A DNA stretch of 64,000 nucleotides. Source: Bacillota bacterium (GTDB lineage Bacteria; Bacillota; Clostridia; Peptostreptococcales; Acidaminobacteraceae). Shown here piece after piece: positions 1 through 9,204 of the stretch. Every line of letters starts with the position of its first letter. Position 1 is the first letter of the stretch. The DNA lies in NCBI GenBank assembly GCA_051744845.1, contig JBNJDJ010000002.1, forward strand, positions 8,319 to 72,318, written 5' to 3'. The notes under the pieces were generated by a model, which saw nothing but the letters and a program-made list of their open reading frames with translations, did not search any database and had not been told where the DNA came from. The position numbers and the translations under genes were made by a program.

Positions 1-592
1 CTTTAAATATACAAAAAAGCCCTCTGCCACCAGCATCAACTACATTGGCTTGTTTTAAAACCTTTAATTGTTCAGGTGTCTTATCTAAAGCTTTTTTTGA
101 AACAACTAAAATATACTCAATTAATTCATCTATAGTTGTATCATCTTTCACAAATTCATTTGCAGCTTCAGCTGTTTTTCTAATAACTGTTAAAATTGTC
201 CCTTCAACTGGTTTCATAACTGCATCATAAGCACAATCAGATGCTGACTGTAAAGCATTAGCCAAATCTATAGGCGTTAATTTATCTTTACCTTGACAAC
301 CTTTAGAGAAACCTCTAAAAATTTGAGATAAAATTACACCAGAATTGCCTCTTGCTCCCATTAATGACCCTTTAGATAAATCATTAGCAATTGATTCAAT
401 TGTTTCTTGACCATCTATACTTAAATTTTCAATAGCAGATTCCATCGTTAATGACATATTTGTTCCTGTATCCCCATCAGGGACAGGATATACATTTAAA
501 TCATTTACTAATTCCATATTTCTTTTTAATTCCTGGTTACTTTGCTTAAACATCATTTCAAGCAAATTAACATCTATTGTTTTAATGTCCAA
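1..592 (-). CDS. DAK2/DhaL-domain protein (YloV-like); N-terminal part only, gene runs off the window at position 1
   Basis: Absent from the ORF track because it starts with TTG. My minus-strand translation from TTG 590-592 reads (M)DIKTIDVNLLEMMFKQSNQELKRNMELVNDLNVYPVPDGDTGTNM..., the DhaL/DAK2 signature. GGAG at 601-604 lies 8 nt upstream. It follows asp23 as in the Firmicute yloU-yloV pair. Confidence 0.8.
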   Translation of the reverse strand, partial: MDIKTIDVNLLEMMFKQSNQELKRNMELVNDLNVYPVPDGDTGTNMSLTMESAIENLSIDGQETIESIANDLSKGSLMGARGNSGVILSQIFRGFSKGCQGKDKLTPIDLANALQSASDCAYDAVMKPVEGTILTVIRKTAEAANEFVKDDTTIDELIEYILVVSKKALDKTPEQLKVLKQANVVDAGGRGLFCIFK

Positions 593-604
593 ATCATTCA
601 CTCC

Positions 605-958
605 TTATTTAGTCTTTACACCTTCAATATTCAAATTAACTTTTTTTACTTCTAATCCTGTTTGCTTTTCTATATTGAATTTTACTTGATTAATAATATT
701 TTCAGCAACTACAGAAATTTTAGTCCCAAATTGTATAATAACAAATAAATCAATTACAATTCCATCATCAAAAGTTTCTACTTCAACACCTTTATTTAAA
801 TGTTCATTTTTTAATAATTTGATTAAACCAGTTGTTGTATTTTTTGAAACCATTCCAACTAATCCATAACACTCCATTGCAGAAACACCAGCTAATTTTG
901 CAACTACATTTTCGTTTATTAAAACTTCACCCATATCATTTGAAACTTTTATAGTCAA
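605..958 (-). CDS. Asp23/Gls24-family alkaline shock protein (YloU-like)
   Basis: ORF track gives 605-982. The pattern TIKVSNDMGEVLINENVVAKLAGVSAMECYGLVGM is typical of Asp23. AGGAGG at 965-970 lies inside the long ORF, 6 nt before TTG at 956-958, so the TTG start is preferred. Confidence 0.8.
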   Translation of the reverse strand: MTIKVSNDMGEVLINENVVAKLAGVSAMECYGLVGMVSKNTTTGLIKLLKNEHLNKGVEVETFDDGIVIDLFVIIQFGTKISVVAENIINQVKFNIEKQTGLEVKKVNLNIEGVKTK

Positions 959-1095
959 ATTAAACCTCCTTTTAATCTTCATATCTATATTTTATATAAT
1001 TAATGTTTAATAATCAAATTTTTATTTATTAAATTTATTATTAAGATACCTTATATTTATTGTTTTAATCAAAATTAAAAAAATAATATTATTCC

Positions 1096-1124
1096 TTGTC
1101 ATTTAGACTATTATTTGATAAAAT
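1096..1124 (+). promoter_or_regulatory. sigmaA-type promoter of rpmB
   Basis: TTGTCA (1096-1101), 17-nt spacer ending in TGa, then TAAAAT (1119-1124). It lies about 30 nt upstream of the rpmB ATG. Confidence 0.5.
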
Positions 1125-1155
1125 TATTTTTGTTGAAATATTAAGGAGGTGCACA

Positions 1156-1347
1156 ATGGCTAAACATTGTGAAATTTGTAATAAAGGAAGAATGACTGGT
1201 AATAGTGTTAGTTTCTCTAACAACTCTACTAAAAGATCATGGAAACCAAATTTGAGAAAAGTAAAAGCAGATGTAAACGGAACAATAAAAAGAATCAATG
1301 TTTGTTCTAAATGTATCAAAGCTGGAAAAGTGAATAGAGTTTACTAA
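1156..1347 (+). CDS. rpmB: 50S ribosomal protein L28
   Basis: MAKHCEICNKGRMTGNSVSFSNNSTKRSWKPNL... is the L28 pattern. AAGGAGG at 1143-1149 precedes the ATG at 1156. The ORF-track start at 1096 has no SD. Confidence 0.9.
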   Translation: MAKHCEICNKGRMTGNSVSFSNNSTKRSWKPNLRKVKADVNGTIKRINVCSKCIKAGKVNRVY

Positions 1348-1400
1348 TAAACTATTTAACTTTCAGCCTAAATTACTCAAATAATTTAAAAAACATTTTT

Positions 1401-1433
1401 ACAAGCATAATATAATATTATGCTTGTTTTTTA
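1401..1433. terminator. Bidirectional rho-independent terminator between rpmB and thiN
   Basis: 12-bp perfect stem ACAAGCATAATA / TATTATGCTTGT (1401-1412 / 1416-1427) with a 3-nt loop. A T-run follows on the plus strand and an A-run lies upstream. Confidence 0.75.
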
Positions 1434-1439
1434 TTTGAA

Positions 1440-2078
1440 CTAATCTCTACTTAAAACAGCAATCCCAATTCCATTTTTTATAGAAATTTTTATATCTTTT
1501 TTTAAAAATTCATTACTAATACCTAAAGTGTTTTTTCTATATAAAGTTTTATTATTTAAAGGATATTTTGCATTTTTTATAGATAAACCTTTAATAACTT
1601 TACTATAAGCTAAAATTGAAAACACTTCAAAATATTCAAATTCTTTAGATTTTATAGTAATTTCATCATCAAACATTTTTAAAATATTGTTATAAGTTAT
1701 AATTCTTCCTGTTATTTTATTTAGCAATAACTTCTCTAACAAATGAACATTTGCAAGTAGATGATCTATTCTATTTCCTAATGCACCATATATATCAACT
1801 TTTTTTATGTTTTTGTTAATTATATAATCAATAGCTATTTCACCATCAGTAAAATTTTTATCGGTTTTATACTTTTTAATCTTTATATTTTTATCAAGTC
1901 CTTTTAAATCAAACGAATCAAAATCTCCTAGCAAAATATCTGGCAAAACATCTATCTTTTTTAAATGATTCATACCTCCATCAGCAGCTATAATAGTTTT
2001 ATAACCTTTAATTTTCTTTTTTAAAAAAGAATAATTTTCAATTTTACCATTTAAAACAATAGCACATTTATTTTTCAT
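1440..2078 (-). CDS. thiN: Thiamine pyrophosphokinase
   Basis: 212 aa with AADGGMNH, LLGDFDS, KNFTDGEIA and GALGNRIDHLLAN motifs. Position downstream of rpe is the conserved one. Confidence 0.8.
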   Translation of the reverse strand: MKNKCAIVLNGKIENYSFLKKKIKGYKTIIAADGGMNHLKKIDVLPDILLGDFDSFDLKGLDKNIKIKKYKTDKNFTDGEIAIDYIINKNIKKVDIYGALGNRIDHLLANVHLLEKLLLNKITGRIITYNNILKMFDDEITIKSKEFEYFEVFSILAYSKVIKGLSIKNAKYPLNNKTLYRKNTLGISNEFLKKDIKISIKNGIGIAVLSRD

Positions 2079-2727
2079 CTAAAGCCTTTTTGAACTTTTC
2101 AATATTTTTCTTTATTCCATTTTCATTAAATATTGCAGATCCAGCAACTACTAAATCTACCCCTACGTTTGCTACGTCTAAAACATTATAATCTTTTATT
2201 CCACCATCTACTTGTATTTTAAAATCTAAATCTAATTGTTTCCTTATATTATCTATATAAGCAATTTTTTCTAAAGAACTTTCAATAAATTTCTGTCCTC
2301 CAAAACCTGGATTTACTGACATAATTAAAACTAAATCAACTTCTGTTATTATTTCTTCTAAGACATTTACTGGAGTTCCTGGGTTTATAGAAACACCTGC
2401 CTTAATATCAAAAGACTTTATCATTTGAATCAATCTATGAATATGAGGTGAAGACTCATAATGTACTGTTAAAATATCTGCTCCTTTATTAACAAAGTCT
2501 TCAATATAATCACTTGGATTATCAATCATTAAATGCACATCTAAAATCATATCTGTTTCTTTATTTATTGAATCAAGTATAACTGGTCCCATTGTTATAT
2601 TTGGAACAAAATGTCCATCCATTACATCTATATGCAAATATTCAACTTTATTTTCTTCTAATACTTTTATATCTTGTTTTAAATCTAAAAAATCTGCTGA
2701 TAAAATTGATGGTGATAATTTAACCAC
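2068..2727 (-). CDS. rpe: Ribulose-phosphate 3-epimerase
   Basis: PSILSADF, HIDVMDGHFVPN, DVHLM, MSVNPGFGGQKF and VDGG motifs. ORF track gives 2068-2757, but AGGAGG at 2734-2739 precedes GTG at 2725-2727, giving (M)VKLSPSILSADF. That start is 1 nt after the rsgA stop. Confidence 0.88.
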   Translation of the reverse strand: MVKLSPSILSADFLDLKQDIKVLEENKVEYLHIDVMDGHFVPNITMGPVILDSINKETDMILDVHLMIDNPSDYIEDFVNKGADILTVHYESSPHIHRLIQMIKSFDIKAGVSINPGTPVNVLEEIITEVDLVLIMSVNPGFGGQKFIESSLEKIAYIDNIRKQLDLDFKIQVDGGIKDYNVLDVANVGVDLVVAGSAIFNENGIKKNIEKFKKALDEK

Positions 2728-2728
2728 T

Positions 2729-3607
2729 CTAATACCTCCTATAATTTTGTAATTCATTTAATATATATACATATGAATTATATCTTTGTTTTGAAATTTC
2801 TTTTTTCTTAACTAAGTTTAAAATTCTGCATTTAGGTTCATTAATATGCAAACAATCATTAAATTTACAGCCATATTTATTTTTTTTGATTTCAGGAAAA
2901 TAATCTTGTAGATGATAATGATCGATTTTAGGTAAATTTAAATTTTCGAATCCTGGAGTATCGACTACCCATCCACCTTTGTTTAATTTTAATAATCTAG
3001 TATGACGTGTTGTATGCTTACCTTTTTTAACTTTTTTACTAATCTCTCCAGTTCTTAAATTTAAATTATTATCTAAACAATTTAAAATAGAGGATTTTCC
3101 TACTCCAGATGGCCCAGCAAAAACAGATATATTATCTTTTAATTTTTCTTTAAGATCTTTTATCCCTTCTAGATCTTTAGTAGAAGTTAAAACAACATCA
3201 TAACCGATTTTTTCATAAATTTTTTTATACTTATTAATTTCTTTTAAATCAACTAAATCTGTTTTATTAAAACAAATAATAGGTGCTAAATTATTATAAT
3301 GAGATAATACTAATAATCTATCTAAAAGTTGAAAATTAGGATCTGGATTTTTCATTGCAAAAACAATAACAGCTTGATTAACATTAGAAACCAAAGGTCT
3401 GTCTAATTTTGACTTTCTAGACAAAATCTTTTTAATCATTCCTTTATTATTTTCTTGATTAATTACATCTATTTTTACAAAATCACCTACAATAGGTCTT
3501 TTATCTTTCTTTTTGACTACACCTCTTAATTCACAATTAAACAAACCTTTTTTAGTTTTTACATCATATTTACCGCCAACTGCTTTTAAAACTAATCCTT
3601 TTATCAT
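2729..3607 (-). CDS. rsgA: Ribosome small-subunit biogenesis GTPase RsgA
   Basis: NKTDL, GPSGVGKSS and a C-terminal Zn knuckle CKFNDCLHINEPKC. AGGTGA SD precedes the start. Confidence 0.9.
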   Translation of the reverse strand: MIKGLVLKAVGGKYDVKTKKGLFNCELRGVVKKKDKRPIVGDFVKIDVINQENNKGMIKKILSRKSKLDRPLVSNVNQAVIVFAMKNPDPNFQLLDRLLVLSHYNNLAPIICFNKTDLVDLKEINKYKKIYEKIGYDVVLTSTKDLEGIKDLKEKLKDNISVFAGPSGVGKSSILNCLDNNLNLRTGEISKKVKKGKHTTRHTRLLKLNKGGWVVDTPGFENLNLPKIDHYHLQDYFPEIKKNKYGCKFNDCLHINEPKCRILNLVKKKEISKQRYNSYVYILNELQNYRRY

Positions 3608-3614
3608 CTTTCAC

Positions 3615-5549
3615 CTATTTAAAATCCTTTACTTGTGTACTTATGACTTTATCATCAAAATATATTCTTATTGTATTTTCTCCACTAGCTTCAACTACTA
3701 CCCTTACATTTCCTTCAGAGTTGTGATGTTCTTTTTCATAAACTTTTATTTCCTCATTTGAATCCTTTTGTTTTGTAACTTTTAAAATTCCTTTATCATT
3801 TTCAAAGTTAAGTGGTATAAAAAATGCTTTTTTAACTAATTTATTATCTTCACTTGAACTTTCTTCATCAACTGTATCTTCTTTTACAATTACATCATTA
3901 TCTATAACAATATCAATAGTAGAACCTTCATCTACTTCTTTACCACTTTTAGGTGTTTGTTTTATAATCTCATCTTTTGGAATATCTTCATTTGATTCAT
4001 AAGATATATTTTTCAAGCTCAAATTTATCTTTCCTAATCGCTCTTTTGCTTCATTTAAAGTTAAACCTACTAAACTAGGTACTATAACTTTTTTTAATTC
4101 AGGTCCATTTGAAACTATTAAATTAATTTTTGAACCTATAGCAACCTGACTATCAGGATTTGGGTTTGTATCTATTATCGTATCTCTAGGAAGTTGACTA
4201 TATTCATAATCAATCGATCCAATAACTAAATCTGAATTTTCTAAAGTTATTTTACCATTTAAAAACTTTTTATTTAATACATTTGGAACTTCGACTTTTT
4301 CAGTCCCTTTTGAAATAGATAATTCTATAATAAATTCTTCTTTAACTTCCTCTCCAGGCTCAACAGATTGTTCTACAATTGTACCTTTTGAATACTTATT
4401 AGAGTATTTTGAATCAACTATTTCAATATTTAAATTTTTATCCTTCAAAGTAGAAACACCTTGATCTTTGGACATTCCTACAACTTCAGGAACTTTGACA
4501 ATATTATTTTTAAAACTATCTAAAAAATCATCTACAAAAAACACTGAAAAAATTCCTACAGTAAACACTAATGCAGCAATAACTGCTATAATCATAGCAA
4601 ATTTATTATTGTTTTTATTATTTTTATTATTTTTTCTTTTACTTGACATATTTTTTAACTCTCCTATATCAGGCAACCTCTTAGTTTCCCCATCAGTATT
4701 TATATCATTTACAACAATATTATCATCTAAACCATTACTAACTTTTTTTAAATCTGATAAAATCTCATCTAAATTATTATATCGATTATTTGGATTTTTT
4801 TTGGTAGATTTAACAATTATTTTTTCTAATCCTTTTGATAAATCAGGATTGATTTCTCTAGGGTTTTTCATTTTTTCTTCTAAATGTTTTAAAGCAACTT
4901 CAACTTCAGTATCACCATTAAAAGGCAGCTTATTTGTAGATAATTGATAAAGTAAGACTCCTAAAGAATAAATGTCAGTTCTTTGGTCTATAACTCCACC
5001 TCTTGCTTGCTCCGGCGAAGTGAAATGAACACTTCCTAAAGCTTTTTTATTATTAACCCTTGTTGAAGAAGTAGCAGCACGAGCAATCCCAAAATCTGTT
5101 ACTTTAATTTGTTTTTCCGATGTAATAATAATATTTTCTGGCTTAATATCTCTATGAATTATTCCATTTTCATGTGCATGTTTAATTGCTGAACTTATTT
5201 GAAACGCAACATCTAATATATCATCATTTGCCAAAAAATCTTTATTACTATCTATTATCTTCTTTAAAGTAATCCCTTTAATATATTCCATTACAATATA
5301 TTTTATATTTCCATCTTCACCTACATCATAGACATTTACAATATTTGAGTGAGATAAAGATGCAGCTGACATTGCTTCTCTATCAAATTTTTTTACAAAT
5401 TCTTCATCTGACTTTAAATTTTCTTTCAACACTTTAATAGCAACATGACGATTTAAAACTTTATCTTTAGCTTTATATACTTTAGCCATGCCACCTTCAC
5501 CGATTTTTTCAATTATTTTATATCTATTACCTAATATTTTCTTTTTCAT
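3615..5549 (-). CDS. prkC: PASTA-domain Ser/Thr protein kinase (PrkC/PknB type)
   Basis: GEGGMAKVYKA, HRDIKPENI and DFGIAR kinase motifs. One TM segment (FAMIIAVIAALVFTVGIFSVFFV) is followed by three PASTA-like repeats and a C-terminal beta domain. The ORF-track start at 5570 is TTG; GAGGA 5 nt before the ATG at 5549 is preferred. Confidence 0.9.
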   Translation of the reverse strand: MKKKILGNRYKIIEKIGEGGMAKVYKAKDKVLNRHVAIKVLKENLKSDEEFVKKFDREAMSAASLSHSNIVNVYDVGEDGNIKYIVMEYIKGITLKKIIDSNKDFLANDDILDVAFQISSAIKHAHENGIIHRDIKPENIIITSEKQIKVTDFGIARAATSSTRVNNKKALGSVHFTSPEQARGGVIDQRTDIYSLGVLLYQLSTNKLPFNGDTEVEVALKHLEEKMKNPREINPDLSKGLEKIIVKSTKKNPNNRYNNLDEILSDLKKVSNGLDDNIVVNDINTDGETKRLPDIGELKNMSSKRKNNKNNKNNNKFAMIIAVIAALVFTVGIFSVFFVDDFLDSFKNNIVKVPEVVGMSKDQGVSTLKDKNLNIEIVDSKYSNKYSKGTIVEQSVEPGEEVKEEFIIELSISKGTEKVEVPNVLNKKFLNGKITLENSDLVIGSIDYEYSQLPRDTIIDTNPNPDSQVAIGSKINLIVSNGPELKKVIVPSLVGLTLNEAKERLGKINLSLKNISYESNEDIPKDEIIKQTPKSGKEVDEGSTIDIVIDNDVIVKEDTVDEESSSEDNKLVKKAFFIPLNFENDKGILKVTKQKDSNEEIKVYEKEHHNSEGNVRVVVEASGENTIRIYFDDKVISTQVKDFK

Positions 5550-6288
5550 TTTCGTCCTCATTACTTTCAATACTTAAAAGAATTAATGTTATATTATCAA
5601 ATCCTCCATATTTTTTAGCTAAATCAACTAATTTCTTTGAACTTAAGTACACATTATTATTTTCAATTGTTTCTTTGATTTCTTCCTTTTTAATTAAATT
5701 AGTTAATCCATCAGTACAAAGTAATATTTTCATGTTTTTTCTTTTAGGAACAATATAGCTATCAATTTTATAATCTTTTTTATTTCCTAAACAACTTGTG
5801 ATAATATTTCTTTGAGGATGATTTTTAGCTTCATTTTCAGTAATAGTACCATTTGATAATAATTGTTCAACTAAAGAATGATCTTTAGTAATCTTTTGTA
5901 ATTTACTATCATAATATATATAAGATCTTGAATCGCCTGCATTTAAAAAAAGTAAATCTTTCTTTCCTATATATAAAAGATTTAAGGTAGTTCCCATTCC
6001 ATTTAATTTTTTATATTTACTAGACAATTTATAAACTTCTTTATTAGCAATTTTTATACCTTCTAATAGTTTATTTTTTATTTCCACAAGTTCCATATTT
6101 TCATTAATGTTTTTCAAAAAATGATTTTTCAAAATATTTATAACCATTTTACTTGCTACATCTCCAGCTTTATGTCCACCCATCCCATCGGCAACCATAA
6201 ATAATTTTTCAGTTTGACTATCAATGTAGTAATCATCTTCATTAATTTCTCTTACATTTCCTACATCTGTAATTGACGAAAATTTCAA
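5527..6288 (-). CDS. prpC: PP2C-family Ser/Thr phosphatase (PrpC/Stp)
   Basis: TDVGNVREINED, ADGMGGH and LCTDGL motifs. TTG start at 6286-6288 preceded by AGAGGTGA. The 3' end overlaps the prkC start. Confidence 0.9.
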   Translation of the reverse strand: MKFSSITDVGNVREINEDDYYIDSQTEKLFMVADGMGGHKAGDVASKMVINILKNHFLKNINENMELVEIKNKLLEGIKIANKEVYKLSSKYKKLNGMGTTLNLLYIGKKDLLFLNAGDSRSYIYYDSKLQKITKDHSLVEQLLSNGTITENEAKNHPQRNIITSCLGNKKDYKIDSYIVPKRKNMKILLCTDGLTNLIKKEEIKETIENNNVYLSSKKLVDLAKKYGGFDNITLILLSIESNEDENEKENIR

Positions 6289-6299
6289 AGCATCACCTC

Positions 6300-7583
6300 T
6301 TATTTTTTTATCAATTTAGCAATAAAGAAACCATCTGTATTTTTTTGTCCAGGTAATAATTTTTTAATTGATTTTAATTCAAAGTTTTTATTATTACTTA
6401 AAAATTCATTTATTATTTTATCATTTTCTTTTTTTCCAATACTACAAGTACTATAAACTAGTTCTCCACCTTTTTTCAAAAGTTTTGAAGAGTTTTTTAA
6501 TAATTTGTTTTGTAAAGTATTTATAGATTTAAAATCACTTTTTTTCTTATTATATTTTATTTCAGGTTTTCTTCCTATAATCCCTAGTCCTAAACAAGGA
6601 GCATCTAATAAAATTTTATCAAAACTTTCTATATTATCTTTATCTAGTTTTGTACCATCAAATTTTTCTAAGACTATATTATTATAACCTAACCTATTAA
6701 TATTTTCTTTAATCAGATTAAGTTTTTTACCATTTACATCTCTAGCAATTATTTTGCCTTTATTATCCATTAACTCAGCCATATGTGTAGTTTTACCACC
6801 TGGTGCTGCACAGACATCTAAAACCTTTTGACCTTTCTTAGGGGCTAAAACTTCAGATACTAAAATAGAGGCATCATCTTGAATATAAAATTTTCCATCT
6901 TTAAATAATTTGTTATTAGTAAGACTAGTATCATTTAAAGATTTAATTATTATACCAGATTTAGTTAAATTTGATTTTTTAGCTTTAATACCTTTTTTAT
7001 CAAATTCCTTAATAAGTTCTTTTCTACTTAACTTTAAAGAATTTACTCTTAGAGTAATATCTGATGAATTTTTATTAAACTCTAATATCTCTAAAGTTTT
7101 CTTTTTTCCAAACTCTTCTAAAAAATAATCAACTAACCATTTAGGATATGAATATTTAAGTGATAAATAATTATTTTTTGTTTTTTTAGGTTTTAATTTA
7201 TCCTTTTTTCTAATAAAATTTCTTAATACACCATTTACAAAACCTTTTGCTCTAAAATTTATTTTCTTTATTATTTTAACACTTTCATTTACTGCAGCTG
7301 AATCAGGAATTTTATCTAAAAATACAATTTGATACATTCCTATTTGAATTAATATTTTAACATCTAAATCTGGCTTATTATTTACTAATTGATTTATGTA
7401 ATAATCTAAAAGCATTTTATTTTCTATACAGCCATATACTATTTTTCTAACTAAATTTTCATCTCTTGAATCTATTTCATATTTTTTTAACCAATTATCT
7501 AATGATTCTTTTACTGATACATTTTTCTTTTCAATATCTTTTAAAATTAAATACGCTAATTTTCTTGAATTTATTTTTTTCAT
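6300..7583 (-). CDS. rsmB: 16S rRNA (cytosine967-C5)-methyltransferase RsmB
   Basis: NusB-like N-terminus, then DVCAAPGGKT, DAPCLGLG and YSTCS motifs. ORF track gives 7604; AGGAGTGA precedes the ATG at 7583 (MKKINSRKLAY...). Confidence 0.85.
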   Translation of the reverse strand: MKKINSRKLAYLILKDIEKKNVSVKESLDNWLKKYEIDSRDENLVRKIVYGCIENKMLLDYYINQLVNNKPDLDVKILIQIGMYQIVFLDKIPDSAAVNESVKIIKKINFRAKGFVNGVLRNFIRKKDKLKPKKTKNNYLSLKYSYPKWLVDYFLEEFGKKKTLEILEFNKNSSDITLRVNSLKLSRKELIKEFDKKGIKAKKSNLTKSGIIIKSLNDTSLTNNKLFKDGKFYIQDDASILVSEVLAPKKGQKVLDVCAAPGGKTTHMAELMDNKGKIIARDVNGKKLNLIKENINRLGYNNIVLEKFDGTKLDKDNIESFDKILLDAPCLGLGIIGRKPEIKYNKKKSDFKSINTLQNKLLKNSSKLLKKGGELVYSTCSIGKKENDKIINEFLSNNKNFELKSIKKLLPGQKNTDGFFIAKLIKK

Positions 7584-7621
7584 TTTCTCACTCCTATAGC
7601 TCATTTTACCATATTATTACA

Positions 7622-7653
7622 AATAAAAAAAGATGATTCTAAACGAATCACCT
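7622..7653 (-). terminator. Rho-independent terminator after the NhaC-family gene
   Basis: Minus-strand RNA forms AGGUGAUUC / GAAUCAUCU (9 bp, one G-U), 5-nt loop, then UUUUUUUAUUU. Confidence 0.7.
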
Positions 7654-7664
7654 TTTTTAAAAAT

Positions 7665-9056
7665 TTATGCAATTTTTTCTTCATCATCAAAATATTCCAT
7701 AGTAAATCCAGTATAACCATAAATAACTGAAATAACTGGGTTAATTAAATTTAAGAAAGCATATGGAGCATAAGCAAATGGATGAACTCCTAAAGTTGTC
7801 CACATATAAGCACCACATGAGTTCCATGGAATAAGTGGAGAAGTAAGAGTACCTGCATCTTCTAGAACTCTTGATAAGTTCTTAGGCTTTAAACCACGCT
7901 TTGCATATTCATCTTTAAACATTTTACCAGGTAATACAATAGATAAATATTGGTCTCCTGCAGTTAAGTTCATAAATATTTCTGTTAATATAGTTGCTAA
8001 AACTAAATCTCCTGTAGATTTTGCTGCTACAACCATCTTTGCTACAACTGCTTCTAAGAAACCTGCTTTATCCATCACTCCACCAAATATCATTGCTGAA
8101 AGTATTAATGAGATAGTCCACATCATACTACTCATTCCACCACCGTTAACAAGACTATTTACCATTTCCATTCCAGTATCTACATTGAAACCGTAGTGAG
8201 CTGCTCCAATAATACCTGTCATACCAGTTCCTTGGAAAATTCCTGCAAAAAGTCCACCAAGTAATGCTCCACCAAATAAACCTGGTAGTGCTGGTACTTT
8301 CAATGCTACCATTACAATTACTAACACAGGTGGTAATAATAAGAATAGATTAATATTGAAACTACCGTTAATAGCTGCATTAATAGCTTCTATTTGAGCA
8401 AAATCTAATTGTTTTCCTGAATATTGCATACCAATAAAAGCAAAAATTACTAAAGTAATTAAATAACTTACACCTGTTGTATAAATCATATGACGAATAT
8501 GATCAAAAAGTGTAGCTCCTGAAACTGCTGGTGCTAAGTTAGTTGTATCAGAAAGTGGTGACATTTTATCTCCAAAATACGCTCCTGAAATAATAGCACC
8601 TGCTATAATAGGTGGTTCAATACCTAAACCTTGTCCAACTCCCATTAAAGCAATACCAATTGTAGCTGCAGTTGTCCATGAAGAACCAGTAGCTAGCGAA
8701 ACAATTGATGTAATAATTAATGTTGCAACTAAGAAAATAGCTGGTGATAAAACACTAAGACCATAATAAATCATTGCTGGTACAATACCCGCTGCTTTCC
8801 ATGTTCCTACAACAATACCTATAACCATTAAAATAATAATGGCTCCCATTGCTGAACTAATAGTATCAACAACACCTTCTAATAGCTCCTCCCATGAGTA
8901 ACCATTAGACATAGCTACTAGTGCTGCAACTGAAGCTGCTAATAAAAGTGGAATGTGTACATCCGCACCAAATAATTGCATTCCAGTTGAAATAAACGTG
9001 ATCAAAATTAAAAGTAAAAATACCGCTTGACCAAAAGTACCTTTTTTCTCTTCCAT
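7665..9056 (-). CDS. NhaC-family Na+/H+ antiporter-type transporter
   Basis: 463-aa polytopic protein with GSSWTTAATIGIALMGVG and SGAYFGDKMSPLSDTTNLAP blocks characteristic of NhaC/MleN/MetT-family carriers. GGGAGGA SD precedes the start. Confidence 0.85.
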   Translation of the reverse strand: MEEKKGTFGQAVFLLLILITFISTGMQLFGADVHIPLLLAASVAALVAMSNGYSWEELLEGVVDTISSAMGAIIILMVIGIVVGTWKAAGIVPAMIYYGLSVLSPAIFLVATLIITSIVSLATGSSWTTAATIGIALMGVGQGLGIEPPIIAGAIISGAYFGDKMSPLSDTTNLAPAVSGATLFDHIRHMIYTTGVSYLITLVIFAFIGMQYSGKQLDFAQIEAINAAINGSFNINLFLLLPPVLVIVMVALKVPALPGLFGGALLGGLFAGIFQGTGMTGIIGAAHYGFNVDTGMEMVNSLVNGGGMSSMMWTISLILSAMIFGGVMDKAGFLEAVVAKMVVAAKSTGDLVLATILTEIFMNLTAGDQYLSIVLPGKMFKDEYAKRGLKPKNLSRVLEDAGTLTSPLIPWNSCGAYMWTTLGVHPFAYAPYAFLNLINPVISVIYGYTGFTMEYFDDEEKIA

Positions 9057-9120
9057 TATTCCTCCCTTTCAAAAATTAGATTTATAATAACTATTATTAA
9101 GTTAAGTTTATGTAAGAAGT

Positions 9121-9136
9121 ACAAAAAAAATCAAAA
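9121..9136 (-). promoter_or_regulatory. Direct repeat TTTTGA-N4-TTTTGT upstream of the NhaC-family gene (candidate GlnL-type site)
   Basis: Minus-strand sequence is TTTTGATTTTTTTTGT, 65-80 nt upstream of the ATG at 9056. It is also the T-tract of the preceding terminator. See findings. Confidence 0.25.
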
Positions 9137-9170
9137 AAAATTAAATTCCCGTAATATAAAGTGGGAATTT
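9123..9170 (-). terminator. Rho-independent terminator after the sensory operon
   Basis: 8-bp stem AAATTCCC / GGGAATTT (9143-9150 / 9163-9170) with a 12-nt loop, followed on the minus strand by a long T-tract. Confidence 0.65.
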
Positions 9171-9204
9171 TCAAATAATTTATATTTATTCATATATTTT
9201 TTAT

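Noticed and set aside
4468-4947. 159-aa plus-strand ORF antisense to prkC. The same applies to the other short antisense ORFs in the track: 45-230, 1089-1319, 3513-3761, 6505-6687, 6910-7128, 9027-9245, 12360-12650, 14150-14488, 16637-16921, 21790-21990, 26819-27052, 32358-32561, 36304-36543, 36793-36975, 47729-48016, 48281-48604, 49055-49276, 52673-52873, 53964-54230, 54684-54890 and 56993-57178.
   Set aside because: All lie inside, and antisense to, well-supported genes. Their translations are low-complexity Phe/Leu/Ser/Ile-rich strings expected from the reverse strand of Lys/Glu/Asn-rich AT-biased genes. None has a convincing SD.
7665-9056. Visibly higher G+C of the NhaC-family gene as a sign of horizontal transfer
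   Set aside because: The protein is very rich in Gly and Ala, which forces GC-rich codons. Other conserved genes (lepA, pyk, pfkA, tnaA) look similarly enriched. I cannot compute codon statistics here, and no mobility genes flank it.
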